Assembly (NCBI GenBank): GCA_963662715.1 | Contig: OY759724.1 | Location: 1,754,662 to 1,818,661, forward strand | Direction of reading: 5' to 3' | Origin: Candidatus Omnitrophota bacterium | Lineage (GTDB): Bacteria; Omnitrophota; Gorgyraeia; Zapsychrales; JANLHA01 | Length of the DNA: 64,000 bases | Part shown: in pieces, positions 8,211 through 16,145 of the stretch | Numbering within the stretch: position 1 is the first letter of the stretch | How the letters are laid out: every line of letters starts with the position of its first letter | Made by a program: the position numbers and the translations under genes | Notes under the pieces: generated by a model | What the model saw: the letters and a program-made list of their open reading frames with translations, nothing else | What the model was told of the DNA's origin: nothing | The model's database searches: none

Positions 8211-8948
8211 ATGGAGAATATCATGGTTGAAGATGTGGTCGTAGAACCGATGACAGAGGAATCCATCCTGTGGCGTTGTCTTCATGGTGGGCCGATTGTG
8301 CTCGACACTATTGATCAATCCCCTCTTGGAGGCTCGATACCGTGGGTGTGCTATCGGGATCGAAACACCTCACTCTTGGTGAAACTCACCAGAACCTATG
8401 GAGCTTGCGCTATCTTAGCACGCGATGGCGAGCAGATTGTAGGCCACCTTCGTTTCTATCCCAAGTTTGTCTGTGACAAGGAGGGGGCAGGTGGTCTTTG
8501 CCTTCAGCAAGATTCTCCTACAGGTCCAATTGAAGACTTTGCCGACAGCAACTTTCCAGAACCTATACAGATAGAAGACAAGACACTTGTCGTTCATTGC
8601 CTTATGACAGGAAGCTCCCAGCAGAAAGAGAATCCGTACCAGCGGGAGGGCATCGGCACACGCATGGTCAAAGCTTTGATTGAGTGGGCCAGAGTAAACA
8701 GCTGGGAACGAATTGAGGCGAACTCCTTTGAGGACCTTTCCATTATTTACGATACTACAGGAAGTGCTGGCCATACATTCTGGGAGAAATTGGGATTTCA
8801 CCTTGTTGATCGGCATCCACACCCGGAGCTGCAGGATCGTAGCCAGTTCGGCGGGTTTATCAAGACGCTCGAAGAACAGGCAGAGACTATCGGAATTCCC
8901 GTTGAGCGAGCAAGAGATCGACTCGTTATGCGTCTCGATCTGTTATGA
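8211..8948 (+). CDS. GNAT family N-acetyltransferase (cassette)
   Basis: Acetyl-CoA binding-like motif QREGIGTRMVKALIEWAR and C-terminal GFHLVD. 245 aa. Confidence 0.6.
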   Translation: MENIMVEDVVVEPMTEESILWRCLHGGPIVLDTIDQSPLGGSIPWVCYRDRNTSLLVKLTRTYGACAILARDGEQIVGHLRFYPKFVCDKEGAGGLCLQQDSPTGPIEDFADSNFPEPIQIEDKTLVVHCLMTGSSQQKENPYQREGIGTRMVKALIEWARVNSWERIEANSFEDLSIIYDTTGSAGHTFWEKLGFHLVDRHPHPELQDRSQFGGFIKTLEEQAETIGIPVERARDRLVMRLDLL

Positions 8949-8962
8949 TATAAACTGGATAT

Positions 8963-9031
8963 GCCAACAACGGGCTTGACAAGGAAGCGCGAAAAAGGCA
9001 GCCGCGCTCCTGTCAGCCCGAGCGTTGTGCG
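8963..9031 (+). repeat. integron attC site
   Basis: Begins TGCCAACaacgggc and ends cccgagcGTTGTGC. Palindromic arms gcgcgaaaaaggcagccgcgc. Confidence 0.55.
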
Positions 9032-9039
9032 GTAAGATA

Positions 9040-9282
9040 ATGAAAATGAAGAATATCATCAATAAACTTCTTGGCCCCAAATGTGCAAAATGCAAGAAAG
9101 CAGCACTTAAATTATTTGAATCCCCATTCACGGGAGAAACATTATTTCAAGCTCATAAATGTCCACAATGTGGTTCATTATATTGTGATGATTGTTATCC
9201 GTCTCTGCCTTGGACATCATATCCGATGGGATATTCTAAATGTCCAGATTGTGATTTACAGCTAGAAAGATATTTAAAATAG
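9040..9282 (+). CDS. zinc-ribbon hypothetical protein (cassette)
   Basis: CAKC...CPQC...CDDC...CPDC cysteine pairs. 80 aa. Confidence 0.4.
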   Translation: MKMKNIINKLLGPKCAKCKKAALKLFESPFTGETLFQAHKCPQCGSLYCDDCYPSLPWTSYPMGYSKCPDCDLQLERYLK

Positions 9283-9338
9283 AAGAAATAGATAAAAAAT
9301 AAAAGAATATAGATTAAGCAAACTTTGCGCACAACAAG

Positions 9339-9416
9339 TCACTACAGCGAGGGCGCTCGGCCACCTTTGGCAGGCTCGGGACCCCGATGAGTTCCTTGCG
9401 TTAGACGAAAAAATAT
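9339..9416 (+). repeat. integron attC site (intact member of the family targeted by IS110)
   Basis: acAACAAGTCACTACAGCGagggcgctcggccacctttggcaggctcgggaccccgatgagttccttgcGTTAGAC. Confidence 0.75.
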
Positions 9417-9439
9417 TATAATTATGATATAATGACCTT

Positions 9440-9628
9440 ATGAAAATTAATAAACAAATAGTAACATTAAAGAAAATCACTCAACAGGACGACTGTTTTG
9501 TCGACACTTCTCCTCAAGAAAGGGTATTATTTGTTTGGGAGCTAACGGCAGAATTGTGGTCTTTGAAAGGCAAGGAACATGTTGAACGAAGACTACAAAG
9601 AGATATTACAAATCTTATTAAAAAATGA
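9440..9628 (+). CDS. small hypothetical protein, possible partner of the downstream nucleotidyltransferase
   Basis: 62-aa ORF overlapping the next gene's start. Sits in the same cassette. Confidence 0.3.
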   Translation: MKINKQIVTLKKITQQDDCFVDTSPQERVLFVWELTAELWSLKGKEHVERRLQRDITNLIKK

Positions 9629-10022
9629 TGTTCAATTTCTTGTTGTGGGCGCATATGCAATGGCTGCTTATGGATATCCTAGGGCAACAGGTGATTTTGA
9701 TATTTGGGTAGAATCCTCAATAGAAAATTCAGAAAATATTTATAAATCATTGCTTGAATTTGGAACTCCATTGACAGGAATAACTAAAGATACATTTTCA
9801 GAAGATGGGCTTGTTTTTCAGATCGGAGTTGCGCCCAGAAGAATAGATATTATAACAGGTATTGATGGGGTTAATTTTGAGGATGCGTTTAAGGATAAAG
9901 AAGGTATTGAGGTCGAGGGTTTAAAATTGCCTTTTATATCGAAAGAGAACTTAATAAAAAATAAAAAGGCTACAGGCAGAGAAAAAGATAGATTAGATAT
10001 TAAATATTTAGAAGATAAATAA
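9579..10022 (+). CDS. nucleotidyltransferase-fold protein (MNT/DUF6036-like)
   Basis: GAYAMAAYG...GDFDIW motif (G-S/x then DxD) of minimal nucleotidyltransferases. 147 aa. Confidence 0.5.
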   Translation: MLNEDYKEILQILLKNDVQFLVVGAYAMAAYGYPRATGDFDIWVESSIENSENIYKSLLEFGTPLTGITKDTFSEDGLVFQIGVAPRRIDIITGIDGVNFEDAFKDKEGIEVEGLKLPFISKENLIKNKKATGREKDRLDIKYLEDK

Positions 10023-10024
10023 AT

Positions 10025-10102
10025 CGTCTAACAAGGCAATTAAGCGGCACAAGCTCGCACCTTTTGGCGCTCGCTTACGCCGTTTATTTTTTTGCGTTAC
10101 TC
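10025..10102 (+). repeat. integron attC site
   Basis: Begins cgTCTAACaagg and ends tttgcGTTACTC. Arms gcacaagctcgcacc/ggcgctcgcttacgcc. Confidence 0.55.
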
Positions 10103-10127
10103 TGAGCGTATTAATCGGGAAAATACT

Positions 10128-10604
10128 ATGGCTTCAACTGATAATGAATTTGTGATTGGTGCAACAATAGTTAAGTATGGCCTTTTTGAGTCTGCCGTTG
10201 CGGAGAAAAAGAAGAATGAAGGACTTCCATACTCATCATACGAAGAAAAAGCAACAATAATGCATTTACAAACCACAGATATTATTAAGGGAAAGATCGG
10301 GATAGAATTTGGTATATCATATGTTGTTAATTCAGTAAATCAGATTCATCTTATGGCTGAGAATCAATCTATTGAAATAAAAACAGTAGTGATATATCCG
10401 AGTCCGGGTATCAGAGATGTTGAAAATAATAAGATTTATCATGATTCAATAACATATAGAGATGTTCCTATGGATGCTGAAGTGTATGAAGGTTATTTTA
10501 TCGGTGGTGAGACAGATATTGTGGCCGGAGAATGGACATTTCAAATATGGCATAACGATCACAAGTTGGCAGAAAAAATATTTGATATTACAAAAGATAA
10601 ATAA
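10128..10604 (+). CDS. hypothetical cassette protein
   Basis: 158-aa ORF from an internal ATG after the attC. No recognisable motifs. Confidence 0.4.
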   Translation: MASTDNEFVIGATIVKYGLFESAVAEKKKNEGLPYSSYEEKATIMHLQTTDIIKGKIGIEFGISYVVNSVNQIHLMAENQSIEIKTVVIYPSPGIRDVENNKIYHDSITYRDVPMDAEVYEGYFIGGETDIVAGEWTFQIWHNDHKLAEKIFDITKDK

Positions 10605-10610
10605 GACAAC

Positions 10611-10677
10611 ATCTAACAAGTCACTCTGGCGGCACCGTTGGCAGGCTCGGGACCCCGCTGAGTTCGTTGCGTTGGAT
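10611..10677 (+). repeat. integron attC site
   Basis: ATCTAACAAGTCACTctggcggcaccgttggcaggctcgggaccccgctgagttcgttgcGTTGGAT. Confidence 0.75.
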
Positions 10678-10688
10678 TGGAAAAGAGA

Positions 10689-11171
10689 ATGTATTGTCCA
10701 GATGATGGTTTGAAATTAAATCGACTTGAAAGAAATGGCATTGAAATTTATGAATGCACCGAATGCGGGGGGCTTTGGACTCCCGTCAGAGCGATTGATT
10801 ATAAAAATACTTTAATTGACCATAAAGGTAGCAGTGATTTGTTGTGCCTTTCCTGTCAAGAACCAATGAATGAAAAAATATACAGAAGTTATCAAATAAT
10901 TGTATGTGAAGACTGTCAATATGCCTGGATTGGCGGGACAATCATTAAATCCTTATTTGTTAAAACTGATAAAGCAGAAATAAGAGCAAATGATAATTGT
11001 TTAACAGATGCTTTGGGGGCATTTAAAGAAGGACTGCCTCAATGGGTGATGGAGATCTTTGTGAATTTGCCGGATAAAGAAACATTGAATGCTCTGGCAG
11101 AAATTGCAGGAGAAGCGGGAGAAACGGTCGTGGAATTTTTTGCGTTTTTGTTTTCTGATATATCTAATTAA
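10689..11171 (+). CDS. zinc-ribbon hypothetical protein (cassette)
   Basis: CPDDG..CTECGG and CLSC...CEDC cysteine pairs. ATG at 10689. The TAA stop overlaps the attC start TAACAAG. Confidence 0.45.
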   Translation: MYCPDDGLKLNRLERNGIEIYECTECGGLWTPVRAIDYKNTLIDHKGSSDLLCLSCQEPMNEKIYRSYQIIVCEDCQYAWIGGTIIKSLFVKTDKAEIRANDNCLTDALGAFKEGLPQWVMEIFVNLPDKETLNALAEIAGEAGETVVEFFAFLFSDISN

Positions 11172-11257
11172 CAAGACATCCAACCATTCCCTGCGGCGTG
11201 GGCCCGGCCCCCTGCGGCTTCGTCAGGGGCCGATGAGTTCCTGGCGCTATGTTTAAA
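11167..11257 (+). repeat. integron attC site
   Basis: Begins atTAACAAGacatcc and ends cgtcaggggccgatgagttcctggcgctatGTTTAAA. Same family as the attCs at 13821 and 16066. Confidence 0.65.
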
Positions 11258-11265
11258 ATTCAAAA

Positions 11266-11643
11266 ATGACTAGCTTTAATAGAACCAAATGGATTTTGTT
11301 AATATCAATCGCGACCTTATTTGTAGGTGTCGTGCCTGTATATTTGAACAGAAGCATTGCTTCAAAATATCCTGTGTGGGAATCGGGTTGTTTTCAATAT
11401 CAAAATAACCACAAAATTGAGCCCGTATCTGAATACTGCGATTTACCAGCAGGCGAGAGGCGTTTATTATTGTTGGGAGAATTAATAAAAAGAGAGTGTT
11501 CCGAGTTATTATTTTACGCATATATATTTTTTGGTATAGCCGCTGTGGTTTTAAGGAAATTTAAATTTTTCTTTTTCCCGGTAATAATACATTTAATTCT
11601 TTGCTTGGTGATTTTATTAATATTTGGAAACATAGGAATTTGA
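11266..11643 (+). CDS. hypothetical membrane protein (cassette)
   Basis: Three hydrophobic helices. 125 aa. Confidence 0.4.
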   Translation: MTSFNRTKWILLISIATLFVGVVPVYLNRSIASKYPVWESGCFQYQNNHKIEPVSEYCDLPAGERRLLLLGELIKRECSELLFYAYIFFGIAAVVLRKFKFFFFPVIIHLILCLVILLIFGNIGI

Positions 11644-11660
11644 TTTTAGAAAAATTAAAA

Positions 11661-11721
11661 ACATAACAACTCCCTGTGGCGGCCCTTGCTCCGGTGGCTG
11701 CGCCGTTGAGTATGGTTTGTT
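11661..11721 (+). repeat. integron attC site
   Basis: Begins ACATAACaactccctgtggcggccc and ends ggctgcgccgttgagtatgGTTTGTT. Confidence 0.55.
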
Positions 11722-11731
11722 GTGCCAGAAA

Positions 11732-12355
11732 ATGAAAGAAAAAACATTTAAGCTTTTAACATTTTCCTCGCTTGCTATAACAGTCATCTCTTCTGCATTT
11801 TTGATCCATCGCATAAGATATGCTTTCTGGGGGATCAAAATAATTCCCATCCGAAATATCCTGAATGATAAAGAAATCCTTTTTATTAATTGCTGTCTTG
11901 ATTTTATCCTTTCTTTGCCTTTGTCGATGCTTGTCTCTTATTTTCTCTTGCTGAAAATTGATTCCTTAATTCCTGAAACTTGTCAGGATTTTCTTAAGCG
12001 TTTTCAGCGGCATACTCCTTACGGCGTAGTTAAGAGAAACGACCCGGAACTATTTAAAATTGCCGGTTCAAAATCTCCAGCCAGAGGTGTGCTTGAAATA
12101 TCGGCCGGATTAATTGTTTTGGCTGTGTTTATCGCGTGTGAAGCTTTTGCTTACTACGCAAGATATGAGATCCTCGGGATACCTTTTATTTCAGCCGGAG
12201 CCGGTGTGCAGCCAGCAATCAATTCATTAATCAATTTTATAATATCGATACCATTTTTGGGTGTAGTGGCTTTTTTGTTGATAAAACTTATTAAGTTGTT
12301 CGAAAAAATTTTAGGGGAAAGTATTATTGATTTTTATTCAACCATATTACGATAA
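11732..12355 (+). CDS. hypothetical polytopic membrane protein (cassette)
   Basis: Multiple hydrophobic segments. Internal ATG at 11732 used as start. Confidence 0.4.
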   Translation: MKEKTFKLLTFSSLAITVISSAFLIHRIRYAFWGIKIIPIRNILNDKEILFINCCLDFILSLPLSMLVSYFLLLKIDSLIPETCQDFLKRFQRHTPYGVVKRNDPELFKIAGSKSPARGVLEISAGLIVLAVFIACEAFAYYARYEILGIPFISAGAGVQPAINSLINFIISIPFLGVVAFLLIKLIKLFEKILGESIIDFYSTILR

Positions 12356-12357
12356 AA

Positions 12358-12431
12358 GCGCAACATCAGGTTCAGCATGGCGCGGGGAAACTTCGCCGCC
12401 TGCGCATGGCCGCTGAGTTGTCGCGTTACGT
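12358..12431 (+). repeat. integron attC site
   Basis: GCGCAACatcaggttcagcatggcgcggggaaacttcgccgcctgcgcatggccgctgagttgtcgcGTTACGT. Confidence 0.7.
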
Positions 12432-12472
12432 GAAAGATGGAATCTCCCCGTTAAAAAATTGAGGTCACCAGA

Positions 12473-12742
12473 ATGAGAAAAAAAGAAAGCAATCCAAAAG
12501 AGGACAAACTTAAAGGGACTGTAAATGCTGGGTACAAGATCATTGCCGTTAAAGAGGCCCCGATGAAGTACCCCATCCCACTTGTCCCTGCGGAAAGTAT
12601 TGTCTTAGCAAAACGCGTGAACAATTCGGCCCCAACCAATTACGTGGTATGGGAGTATGTTGGCCATGGCGAATTCAGGTCTGGTATTTACGAAGATAAT
12701 AGGGCGGAAGCAGAGAATATTTTTAATTCACAAACAAAATAA
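12473..12742 (+). CDS. hypothetical cassette protein
   Basis: 89-aa ORF with a GGTCACC-like RBS region upstream. Confidence 0.4.
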   Translation: MRKKESNPKEDKLKGTVNAGYKIIAVKEAPMKYPIPLVPAESIVLAKRVNNSAPTNYVVWEYVGHGEFRSGIYEDNRAEAENIFNSQTK

Positions 12743-12796
12743 GACTGTATGTATCTCAAATATTCGTTGAACATGTGGAATAAATATAACAAAAAC

Positions 12797-12863
12797 ACGC
12801 AACAACCTGCTCCTGCAGCCACTGCTCCGGCCTGCGCACGGCTGCTGAGTTCTTACGTTAGGA
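12797..12863 (+). repeat. integron attC site
   Basis: ACGCAACaacctgctcctgcagccactgctccggcctgcgcacggctgctgagttcttacGTTAGGA. Confidence 0.7.
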
Positions 12864-12905
12864 GAAGAGATTGAGTGTATATCGGAATTTAATGATGCAA
12901 GTGGC

Positions 12906-13262
12906 ATGTGCACGTTCACTGTCACCGGTAAGGTCCGTAGTCCCGAGGATGGGTATGAACTTCAATGCCGCGCAAACCAGGTCTCTATCCAGCATGAATG
13001 CCGTTTCTTTCTCATCGACATGAGACAGGCCGAGATAATAACTAAAACGATGCCTGCATTCGAAACGGCAAAAGTGAAGGATGAGTTCCGCCAGGAACTC
13101 CGAAAGCATAAGACGGCAGTGCTTTATTCAAGACTTGCAGAACATGAGCGCTTCTTTGAAACTGTTGCGGTGAACAGTGGTTTCACGCTCAAAGTGTTTG
13201 ACAGGTATGATGAAGCCGTTGAGTGGCTTGCAAAAGATTGTATCTCGGTCAACAGTGTGTGA
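12906..13262 (+). CDS. hypothetical protein, paralog of 13913-14296 (STAS/SpoIIAA-like?)
   Basis: Shares a C-terminal block with 13913-14296: ...AVLYS....E..FFE.VAVN.GF.L.VFD..DE...WL. Confidence 0.45.
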   Translation: MCTFTVTGKVRSPEDGYELQCRANQVSIQHECRFFLIDMRQAEIITKTMPAFETAKVKDEFRQELRKHKTAVLYSRLAEHERFFETVAVNSGFTLKVFDRYDEAVEWLAKDCISVNSV

Positions 13263-13269
13263 AAAAAAC

Positions 13270-13331
13270 GCCTCACAAAATTTGTGCTGGAACGCCGGCA
13301 AGCCGGCTTCGGTGAGCCGCGCCGTTTTGGA
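13270..13331 (+). repeat. probable integron attC site (degenerate)
   Basis: Begins cctCACAAAATTTGTGctgg and ends ccgcgccGTTTTGG. Arms gccggcaagccggc. Confidence 0.45.
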
Positions 13332-13405
13332 ATAAAGACGGAAAAGATGCATAAAAATAAAATTTTGCGGACGAAGTCCAGAATAAGACAAGAAAGGGAC
13401 ATGTT

Positions 13406-13792
13406 ATGACAAAAATACCGGAAGAAGTTAAAGTCGCAATAGATAAAACAAGCCCTATATGTGTGGCCACAGTGAATAATGAATATGTGCCGAATATAAT
13501 ATATGTCACTTTTTTAAAATATATAAATGACACGACAGTGGTTATAGCAGATAATAAACTTGTAAAAACAAAAAATAATATATTATCTAATTCCAACCTT
13601 TCCTTTGTTGTCCTTGATCCTGAAACAAAAAAGTCATATCAATTAAAAGGGGAAACGGAATATATACAAGAAGGGGAGAAATATCAAGATGTTTTTAACT
13701 GGGTGCAAGAAAGAAGACCGGATCTCCGCCCCAAAGGTGCTTTGTATGTAACTATCAACGAAATATTCTCCGGAGACAAGAAAATAGCCTGA
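13406..13792 (+). CDS. pyridoxamine 5'-phosphate oxidase-like (split-barrel, FMN-binding family) protein
   Basis: N-terminal pattern ...SPICVATVNNEYVPNIIYVTF...VVIADN...K... resembles the PNPOx-like/general stress protein 26 family. 128 aa. Confidence 0.45.
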   Translation: MTKIPEEVKVAIDKTSPICVATVNNEYVPNIIYVTFLKYINDTTVVIADNKLVKTKNNILSNSNLSFVVLDPETKKSYQLKGETEYIQEGEKYQDVFNWVQERRPDLRPKGALYVTINEIFSGDKKIA

Positions 13793-13820
13793 GAATTGGC
13801 TTGAAGTTTTGAAATTGGAT

Positions 13821-13904
13821 CAAAACACATGAGAAGTCGCTCTGTCGTCCCTGTCTCGTCACGTTGCGGCTTCGTCAGGGGCCGATGAGCTCCTTGCGTT
13901 AAGA
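13821..13904 (+). repeat. integron attC site
   Basis: Ends ...ggcttcgtcaggggccgatgagctccttgcGTTAAGA. Family of the attC at 11167. Confidence 0.6.
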
Positions 13905-13912
13905 GAATTAGC

Positions 13913-14296
13913 ATGCACTACACATATGAGTTAGACAACGACAGTGGCATTTGTATCGTTCGCGTGACGGACACGTTCAAGCGTCCGGAGGATGCTGCGG
14001 AGATGCAGCAACTTGTGTGCAAGCTCTATGAAGAGACCGGGTGTGGGGCTTTTCTGTTTGACATGCGGAGGGTCGATGTCGTTGCCAGTGTTTTATTCAC
14101 ATATGATACCGTCGTGTTCGAAGCTGCAAAGTTACATGTGCTTCGGAAGCTGAAGGCAGCTGTTTTGTATTCGGAAGTTACCGAAGAGGAATGTTTTTTT
14201 GAAAATGTGGCGGTGAATCGCGGGTTCCCGTTGCGTGTTTTCGACAGTCTTGACGATTCGCTTGACTGGTTAAGCGGGAAGGGTGGGCGCACCTAA
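13913..14296 (+). CDS. hypothetical protein, paralog of 12906-13262
   Basis: Shares ~40% of positions with 12906-13262 over the C-terminal 60 aa (AVLYSEVTEEECFFENVAVNRGFPLRVFDSLDDSLDWL). Confidence 0.45.
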   Translation: MHYTYELDNDSGICIVRVTDTFKRPEDAAEMQQLVCKLYEETGCGAFLFDMRRVDVVASVLFTYDTVVFEAAKLHVLRKLKAAVLYSEVTEEECFFENVAVNRGFPLRVFDSLDDSLDWLSGKGGRT

Positions 14297-14300
14297 AATA

Positions 14301-14382
14301 TCCAACAACTCATTCCAATGTGGCGTTCCACCTGGCGGTGTCGGTAGCCTTAGGCCCCCGCCGGGTGCTTTGCGCGTAGAGG
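14301..14382 (+). repeat. integron attC site (variant core GTAGAGG)
   Basis: Begins aTCCAACAactcattcc. Arms ccacctggcggtgtcggtagccttaggcccccgccgggtg. Ends ctttgcgcGTAGAGG. Confidence 0.5.
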
Positions 14383-14387
14383 GAATT

Positions 14388-14669
14388 ATGAAAAGCATAA
14401 AGATTGTGGGCACATCTATTGTGATATTGACTGTTCTTGGCGGTGTTTGTGTGGCTCAGACAGAATGCGAGAAAGCAAAAGGGGAGATAGTAAAAATAAA
14501 AGAATGTGACGGGTCTGAAAGCGAATGGTGTGTCATTTCAGAGAAAGAACAATGTTATGCGGATCAGGTGAAGAACGGCAGATGCACTGCCGGGAAATAT
14601 TCAGAAAAGTATAAAGGGATTGTAGGAATCAGCCCCCGGGTGCTTTGTGATAACTTTGATGGTCAATAA
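14388..14669 (+). CDS. secreted Cys-rich hypothetical protein
   Basis: Signal-peptide-like N-terminus (MKSIKIVGTSIVILTVLGGVCVA) and 8 cysteines. Internal ATG used as start. Confidence 0.4.
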   Translation: MKSIKIVGTSIVILTVLGGVCVAQTECEKAKGEIVKIKECDGSESEWCVISEKEQCYADQVKNGRCTAGKYSEKYKGIVGISPRVLCDNFDGQ

Positions 14670-14686
14670 AATAAGGGGAGAAGACA

Positions 14687-14929
14687 ATGGATAAAATTTG
14701 TATTGCCTGCGGAATGCCGATGAAAAACAGGGAAGATTATGCCGCCGGAGATATTAACAAAAGTTATTGTAAATTTTGCTGTCGTTCAGACGGTTCAATG
14801 CAAAGTTATGATGAAAAAATGGATTCCATGAGCAATTTTATAAGTAGAACAAAAAAAATAAATTATGAAGCTGCGAGAGACCTGGCCAGGAAGGTGATGG
14901 CTGATCTTCCGGCGTGGAAGGATCATTGA
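14687..14929 (+). CDS. zinc-ribbon hypothetical protein (same cassette as 14388-14669)
   Basis: CIACGMP...CKFCC motif. Only 17 bp from the upstream ORF, with no attC between them. Confidence 0.4.
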   Translation: MDKICIACGMPMKNREDYAAGDINKSYCKFCCRSDGSMQSYDEKMDSMSNFISRTKKINYEAARDLARKVMADLPAWKDH

Positions 14930-14957
14930 GGCCCCGCGGAGTCCCTTGCGTCAGATA
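14930..14957 (+). repeat. truncated or degenerate attC (right half only)
   Basis: gaggccccgcggagtcccttgcGTCAGAT matches the right arm of the attC at 15552-15644 (gaggcccgcggaggtccttgcGTTAGGA). No recognisable left arm. Confidence 0.45.
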
Positions 14958-14962
14958 ACAGA

Positions 14963-15556
14963 ATGAAAAGAATATTAACTGTAATGCTCGCGACATGTTT
15001 GATTTCCTGCCACACAAACAAATTATATGAAAAATATCCGGAAAGAACGCCCAGAGATCCCGCATGGGCAAAAGCAATTGAATTGGAGGGCGTTCCTAAT
15101 TTTTATAAAGTGTCGGATGACCTTTATCGCAGCGCGCAGCCTTCTGCCGAAGGGATGAGAAATTTAGAAAAGTTGGGGATAAAAACTGTCGTTAATCTAA
15201 GAGCATTTCATTCTGACAGCCGCAAGCTTGAGGGAACTCATCTGCAATATAAACGAATATACATGAAGAACTGGCATCCTGAAATGGAAGATATCGCCAG
15301 ATTTTTTAAGGTAATGTTGGATTCCAGGAATACTCCCGTGCTCATTCATTGCGAACAGGGCGCTGACCGGACAGGAATGATTGCCGCCATGTACCGTGTT
15401 CTTGTTCAAGGATGGTCACAGGAGGAAGCTTTGGAAGAAATGAAGTGGGGCGGTTTTGGAGCGCATAAAATATGGATACACTTGCCCCCTTGGATTAAGA
15501 ATTTGGATATCGATGAATTAAAAGAAGAAATTCAAGAAGAAATCAAAGATGATTAA
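14963..15556 (+). CDS. protein-tyrosine / dual-specificity phosphatase-like lipoprotein (CX5R)
   Basis: Lipobox LISC. Active-site signature HCEQGADRTG (HCx5R). 197 aa. Confidence 0.6.
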   Translation: MKRILTVMLATCLISCHTNKLYEKYPERTPRDPAWAKAIELEGVPNFYKVSDDLYRSAQPSAEGMRNLEKLGIKTVVNLRAFHSDSRKLEGTHLQYKRIYMKNWHPEMEDIARFFKVMLDSRNTPVLIHCEQGADRTGMIAAMYRVLVQGWSQEEALEEMKWGGFGAHKIWIHLPPWIKNLDIDELKEEIQEEIKDD

Positions 15557-15644
15557 CAGCTGACAAATCCCTGCCGCGGGTCAGCCTGCACCGCCGACGC
15601 CACCGTTGGCAGCCTCGAGGCCCGCGGAGGTCCTTGCGTTAGGA
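15552..15644 (+). repeat. integron attC site
   Basis: ATTAACAgctgacaaatccctgccgcgggtcagcctgcaccgccgacgccaccgttggcagcctcgaggcccgcggaggtccttgcGTTAGGA. Confidence 0.65.
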
Positions 15645-15647
15645 GAG

Positions 15648-16064
15648 ATGATGAAAAGAATTTTTATATTAATATTATTCATTGCGACTTCATGGATTGT
15701 CCCGGCGCAGGGAAGTGTCTTCCCGGGAATAAAAGAAGAAGATGCTGCGAAATTGGCAGAAGGCCTGTCGGAAATTTCGAATGATGCAACGTACGGATTT
15801 GACTCTTCCAATCCCATTCAAGTGGGAGGAGGCCCTTCTAATGAAAGAAAATATTTGATGATGATATGTGGCCCTGAAGGGCAAGACTTGAGCTTCTCGA
15901 GAATTGGCAGTTTTGGCGGCTTTGAAGTTATTGTCGATGGGTATATGGTTTCCTATGACGGGATCGAGGAGCCGGTTATTCTTTATGTTGATATGTATAA
16001 TTACGTTAATCCCAAAGCGCCAAAAGGTTTCCGTATCAAGGATAAATATAAAAAAGTAAAATAA
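15648..16064 (+). CDS. secreted hypothetical protein (last cassette)
   Basis: Signal peptide MMKRIFILILFIATSWIVPAQG. Internal ATG at 15648. Confidence 0.4.
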   Translation: MMKRIFILILFIATSWIVPAQGSVFPGIKEEDAAKLAEGLSEISNDATYGFDSSNPIQVGGGPSNERKYLMMICGPEGQDLSFSRIGSFGGFEVIVDGYMVSYDGIEEPVILYVDMYNYVNPKAPKGFRIKDKYKKVK

Positions 16065-16065
16065 T

Positions 16066-16145
16066 GACTCCTAAGGAGGCGCTTTGTCGTCCCCGCCTCG
16101 CCACAGTGCGGTTTCGGCAGGGGCCGATGAGGACATCTGTTTTAA
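16066..16145 (+). repeat. integron attC site (last in window)
   Basis: ...cgctttgtcgtccccgcctcgccacagtgcggtttcggcaggggccgatgaggacatctGTTTTAA. Family of the attCs at 11167 and 13821. Confidence 0.55.

Noticed and set aside
8013-8318. ORF on the - strand spanning the IS110 right end, the attC and the start of the GNAT gene
   Set aside because: It crosses a mobile-element boundary and an attC and has no RBS. It is a frame artefact.
14283-14387. N-terminal extension of ORF 14283-14669 (GAPKISNNSFQCGVPPGG...)
   Set aside because: The extension is the translation of the GC-rich attC at 14301-14382. The signal-peptide ATG at 14388 is the plausible start.
282-16145. Repeated ~70-bp GC-rich elements between short AT-rich segments could be mistaken for a CRISPR array
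   Set aside because: The repeats are imperfect palindromes of variable length and sequence, with conserved RYYYAAC/GTTRRRY ends. The intervening 250-750 bp segments are ORFs with RBSs rather than 30-40 bp spacers. No cas genes are present.
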